From: Parcubacteria group bacterium M10-OD1-1
GTDB lineage: Bacteria; Patescibacteriota; Minisyncoccia; Moranbacterales; UBA2206
NCBI GenBank assembly: GCA_003056145.1
Contig: LSNL01000002.1
Location: 36,369 to 100,368 of the forward strand
Direction: 5' to 3'
Length of the DNA: 64,000 nucleotides
Below are positions 60,956 through 64,000 of this stretch, in pieces. The position numbers were made by a program, and so were the translations under genes. Positions within the stretch are counted from its first letter, which is position 1. The number at the start of each line of letters is the position of its first letter. The notes beneath the pieces are model-generated. The model made no database searches. It was not told the DNA's origin and was given only the letters and a program-made list of their open reading frames with translations.

Positions 60956-62209
60956 ATGCAAGATTTTTTAATTTCAATTAAATTAGCCATAAAAAGTCTT
61001 CATTTAAATTGGGGAAGAACTCTACTGTCCTTAATTGGAATTATTATTGGAGTAGCTAGTGTTATTCTTGTTTTATCTTTTGGTAACGGAGTAAAAGGAT
61101 TTTTAGTTGACCAAGTTTCGGCTTTTGGGAGTGATATTATGGAGATAGAAGTAAAAGTTCCGAAAACTAATAAAGCTTCATCACAAAATGTAGGAGGTAT
61201 GGTTGGTGGAACACAAATTACAACTTTTAAACTTAAAGATGCTCAAAAAATAGGAAAACTTCCTAATGTAAGTGCTTGGTATGCATCTGTGATGGGACAA
61301 CAAGTAGTTAGCTATGCTAGTAAAAATAAGCAAACTTATATTATGGGAGTTACTTCCGGCATATCTAAAGTAGATAAAAAAATGGAAATAGCTTCAGGGA
61401 CTATATTTACTGAGGAAGACAATAATGGTTTGAAACAAGTGGCAATTATTGGAAGCGGCATAAAAGATGATTTTTTTGGAAATCAAAGCCCAATAGGAAA
61501 AAAAATTAAGATAAAAGGACAAACATATAGAGTTATCGGAGTTTTGAAGAAAAGAGGAGCTTCCGGATTTTTTAATTTTGATGATATTATCTATCTTCCT
61601 TTAAAAACAGTTCAAAAAAAATTAACTGGCGTAAACTATATAAAGTTCGCTGTTTTTAAATTGAAAGATATGAGTCGCTTGGATATCACTATGCTTAATG
61701 CGACTGATATTATGCGAGAGCGGCATGACATTACCAATCCTAATGATGATGATTTTTCCGTAAACTCAATCGTGGAAGTTACTAATATTTTAAATAAAGT
61801 TTTTTTTACTATAAATTTGCTCTTACTTGCTCTTGCATCTATTTCTCTGATAGTTGGAGGAGTTGGAATTATGAATGTTATGTATATAGCAGTAGTGGAG
61901 AGAACTTTTGAAATTGGGCTTAAAAAAGCCGTTGGCGCAAAAAATAAGGACATCTTGATGCAATTTCTTTTGGAAGCTATTTTTTTAACCGCTTTGGGTG
62001 GGATTGGAGGACTTGCCGTAGGTCTGATTGTTTCAAGAATAGGGGAAGTCTTAATCAGTAACTTTGGTTATACCCTTAAATTTACAGTTACTTGGTGGGC
62101 AGCCCTTATTGGTGTCGGTTTTTCTGCAATAGTTGGAATAACTTTTGGGTATTGGCCGGCACGAAAAGCTTCTCAACTATCTCCGATGGAAGCTTTGAGA
62201 AAAGAATAG
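60956..62209 (+). CDS. ABC transporter permease (FtsX/MacB-type), second copy
   Basis: Paralogous to 59689..60936; for example, PMEALR is shared at the C-terminus. Confidence 0.8.
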   Translation: MQDFLISIKLAIKSLHLNWGRTLLSLIGIIIGVASVILVLSFGNGVKGFLVDQVSAFGSDIMEIEVKVPKTNKASSQNVGGMVGGTQITTFKLKDAQKIGKLPNVSAWYASVMGQQVVSYASKNKQTYIMGVTSGISKVDKKMEIASGTIFTEEDNNGLKQVAIIGSGIKDDFFGNQSPIGKKIKIKGQTYRVIGVLKKRGASGFFNFDDIIYLPLKTVQKKLTGVNYIKFAVFKLKDMSRLDITMLNATDIMRERHDITNPNDDDFSVNSIVEVTNILNKVFFTINLLLLALASISLIVGGVGIMNVMYIAVVERTFEIGLKKAVGAKNKDILMQFLLEAIFLTALGGIGGLAVGLIVSRIGEVLISNFGYTLKFTVTWWAALIGVGFSAIVGITFGYWPARKASQLSPMEALRKE

Positions 62210-62345
62210 TTTAAAATTTGTATAGTCACTTTTTTTAAAGCTTTAGAAAGGCTTTTAAATTAGGCAATAAATTAATAATTTCGCAAGTTGTTGAGTGTTT
62301 TAATTTGTGATAGCCTTAAAAAGTAATTATTGAATAGAAAAACAT

Positions 62346-62708
62346 ATGGAGCATAAGGAAAAAAATATTCAAGAGGCTAAAACTTATGAAATAAAAGAAG
62401 AGCAAGAAACTTTAGCAGAAGAAAATCAAGAAAAAGAAAAATCTCCTGCTCAAAAAGGGAAGGTAGATTTTTATATGGAGTTGGTTTTATTTTTTATTTT
62501 AGGTGTTTTACTGGGAATTGCTATTAAAACAATTGCAGTTAAAAAAATAACGATAGGATTTGATGATTACAAGATGAATATTCAAAGACAAGATTACGAT
62601 ATTAATCAACTACAGGCTAAATTGGTTAATAAAGAAGTTAAAAAAGATCAATCTGAAAATCAAGCAAAGAAAAAAGATTCTCAATCAGATAATAATTTAA
62701 AAAAGTAA
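62346..62708 (+). CDS. Small acidic/basic single-TM protein, unknown function
   Basis: 120 aa with one central TM helix and charged termini. Confidence 0.3.
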   Translation: MEHKEKNIQEAKTYEIKEEQETLAEENQEKEKSPAQKGKVDFYMELVLFFILGVLLGIAIKTIAVKKITIGFDDYKMNIQRQDYDINQLQAKLVNKEVKKDQSENQAKKKDSQSDNNLKK

Positions 62709-62746
62709 AGTAGAAAATTTATTTTAACTATTAAATATTTAAAATT

Positions 62747-63820
62747 ATGGAAGAAGAAATTAATCAAGAAAATAAGCAAGAATTGTTAAAACAGGAAGCT
62801 AAAAAAATAAAGAAAATGGAAACTAAAAAGATAAAAAATCTTATTTCATTAATAATTTTATTAGCAGGTCTTTTGGTGGGCAGTCTATTTGTTGATTTTA
62901 GCCAGTTAATTAAGGGAAATGGATATTCGGAAAAAAATTTAAATAAATCAGATGTTTTTGAAGCTAATGGAAAAACTTGGGTTGCTTACAATGAACCGGC
63001 CGTTCCAGTCTCTGTGATAACAGATGATAAATGTAAAAAATGTAATCCAAGTGAAGTTTTAGTTTGGTTAAGGCAAGTTATACCAACTATTAGTACAGAA
63101 AAAGTAAGTTTTAATTCAAAACAAGGAAAAAAAATAATTAAGCAGTTTGATATTAAAACTTTACCAGCTTTTATTTTTAATTCATCGGTGAAAAAAACAG
63201 AATTATATAATCAAGCTAAGCCAATTTTTAATTTAAAGAATAAAGAATATATTTTAGACACTCAGAAACTAGGTTTGCCAGTAGGAGAATATTTAGAAGC
63301 TCCAAAAGTCAATAAGGAAGATGCTACTTTTGGTCAAGCTAATGCTAAAGTTAAAGTTATTGTGTATTCTGATTTTCAGTGTCCTTATTGTAAAATATTT
63401 TATAAAACTCTTAGAGGTGTAATGAAAGAATATAAAAGTAAAGTTTTATTCGTTTTTAAAGAGCTACCTTTAAATATTCATCCTCAAGCTAATAATGCGG
63501 CCTTAGCTTCAGAATGTGCGTTAAAGCAGGGGAAATTTTGGGAATATGCTGATAATCTTTACGCTAAACAATCTCAGTGGGCTAATACTAAAGGTACAGC
63601 TAGCTTTAAACATTATGCTGGTAATCTAAAATTAAATATGAAACAATTCAGCCAATGTTTAAATGATAAAACAGGTCAAGCTATAATTGACGCTAATCAA
63701 AAGGAAGCAATAAAATTTAGAATATCGGCAACACCAACTATTTTTATCAATAAGCATTTAGCTAGTGGAGCAATGACTGTTTCAGAATTAAAAGACGAAA
63801 TAAACAAGCAACTTAAATAA
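62747..63820 (+). CDS. Membrane-anchored DsbA-family thiol:disulfide oxidoreductase with extra N-terminal CxxC domain
   Basis: Thioredoxin-fold CPYC active site (FQCPYCKIF), an additional CKKC motif, and an N-terminal TM helix. Confidence 0.7.
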   Translation: MEEEINQENKQELLKQEAKKIKKMETKKIKNLISLIILLAGLLVGSLFVDFSQLIKGNGYSEKNLNKSDVFEANGKTWVAYNEPAVPVSVITDDKCKKCNPSEVLVWLRQVIPTISTEKVSFNSKQGKKIIKQFDIKTLPAFIFNSSVKKTELYNQAKPIFNLKNKEYILDTQKLGLPVGEYLEAPKVNKEDATFGQANAKVKVIVYSDFQCPYCKIFYKTLRGVMKEYKSKVLFVFKELPLNIHPQANNAALASECALKQGKFWEYADNLYAKQSQWANTKGTASFKHYAGNLKLNMKQFSQCLNDKTGQAIIDANQKEAIKFRISATPTIFINKHLASGAMTVSELKDEINKQLK

Positions 63821-64000
63821 AAAATTCAATTTTTACGGTTTTTTACAAAAGATGTAGCTCAGGCTACATTTTTTGGTTTATTTTAAATTTTATGATATAC
63901 TATTTTTAGAAAGAAAAGATAAATAATAAGCAATTAATAAAAAATATTTTAATTAAATGAAATACGAAAAAGATATTTTTGAAATTATTTTTTTTGCTCG

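Overview
The window is AT-rich with small, tightly packed + strand genes, which reads like a Candidate Phyla Radiation (Parcubacteria-like) genome; this assignment is inferred from composition only. It has three main parts.

(1) Positions 1-28700 form a large surface-glycan and cell-envelope island. It holds at least five GT4/GT-B and one GT2 glycosyltransferases, three GT-C membrane glycosyltransferases (two of them clear paralogs), rmlD, glyA, rmlA, galU, a Wzz-like protein and two paralogous extracellular proteins sharing a GGGF motif.

(2) Positions 28700-43340 carry housekeeping and division/cell-wall genes: murJ, lepA, a parvulin PPIase, a ferredoxin, an active HtrA followed by a triad-less HtrA paralog, trmD, ftsW, murG and murC.

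(3) Positions 43382-53366 hold a Type V-A CRISPR-Cas locus inserted between murC and murB. It comprises a canonical Cas12a (1442 aa) and, immediately downstream, a second divergent Cas12a-like effector (1161 aa). The second protein keeps a Cas12a-type N-terminus and all three RuvC motifs, but a Cys-rich zinc-ribbon stands where the Nuc domain should be. A 28-repeat CRISPR array with the classic Cas12a 36-nt repeat (...AATTTCTACTTTTGTAGAT) follows. No cas1, cas2 or cas4 genes are present in the window.

The tandem effector pair is the main item of interest. The second protein fits the Cas12a2 family of RNA-triggered abortive-infection nucleases, but from sequence alone it could also be a distinct Cas12 variant.

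Downstream of the array lie murB, hpf, an atypical response regulator, recJ, rnhA, a MacAB-like efflux and ABC set, and a DsbA-like protein. Other points of note are a GHKL-ATPase plus STAS-like two-gene module, a Cas12 C-terminal gene fragment after the second effector, and the array sitting inside the mur gene cluster.
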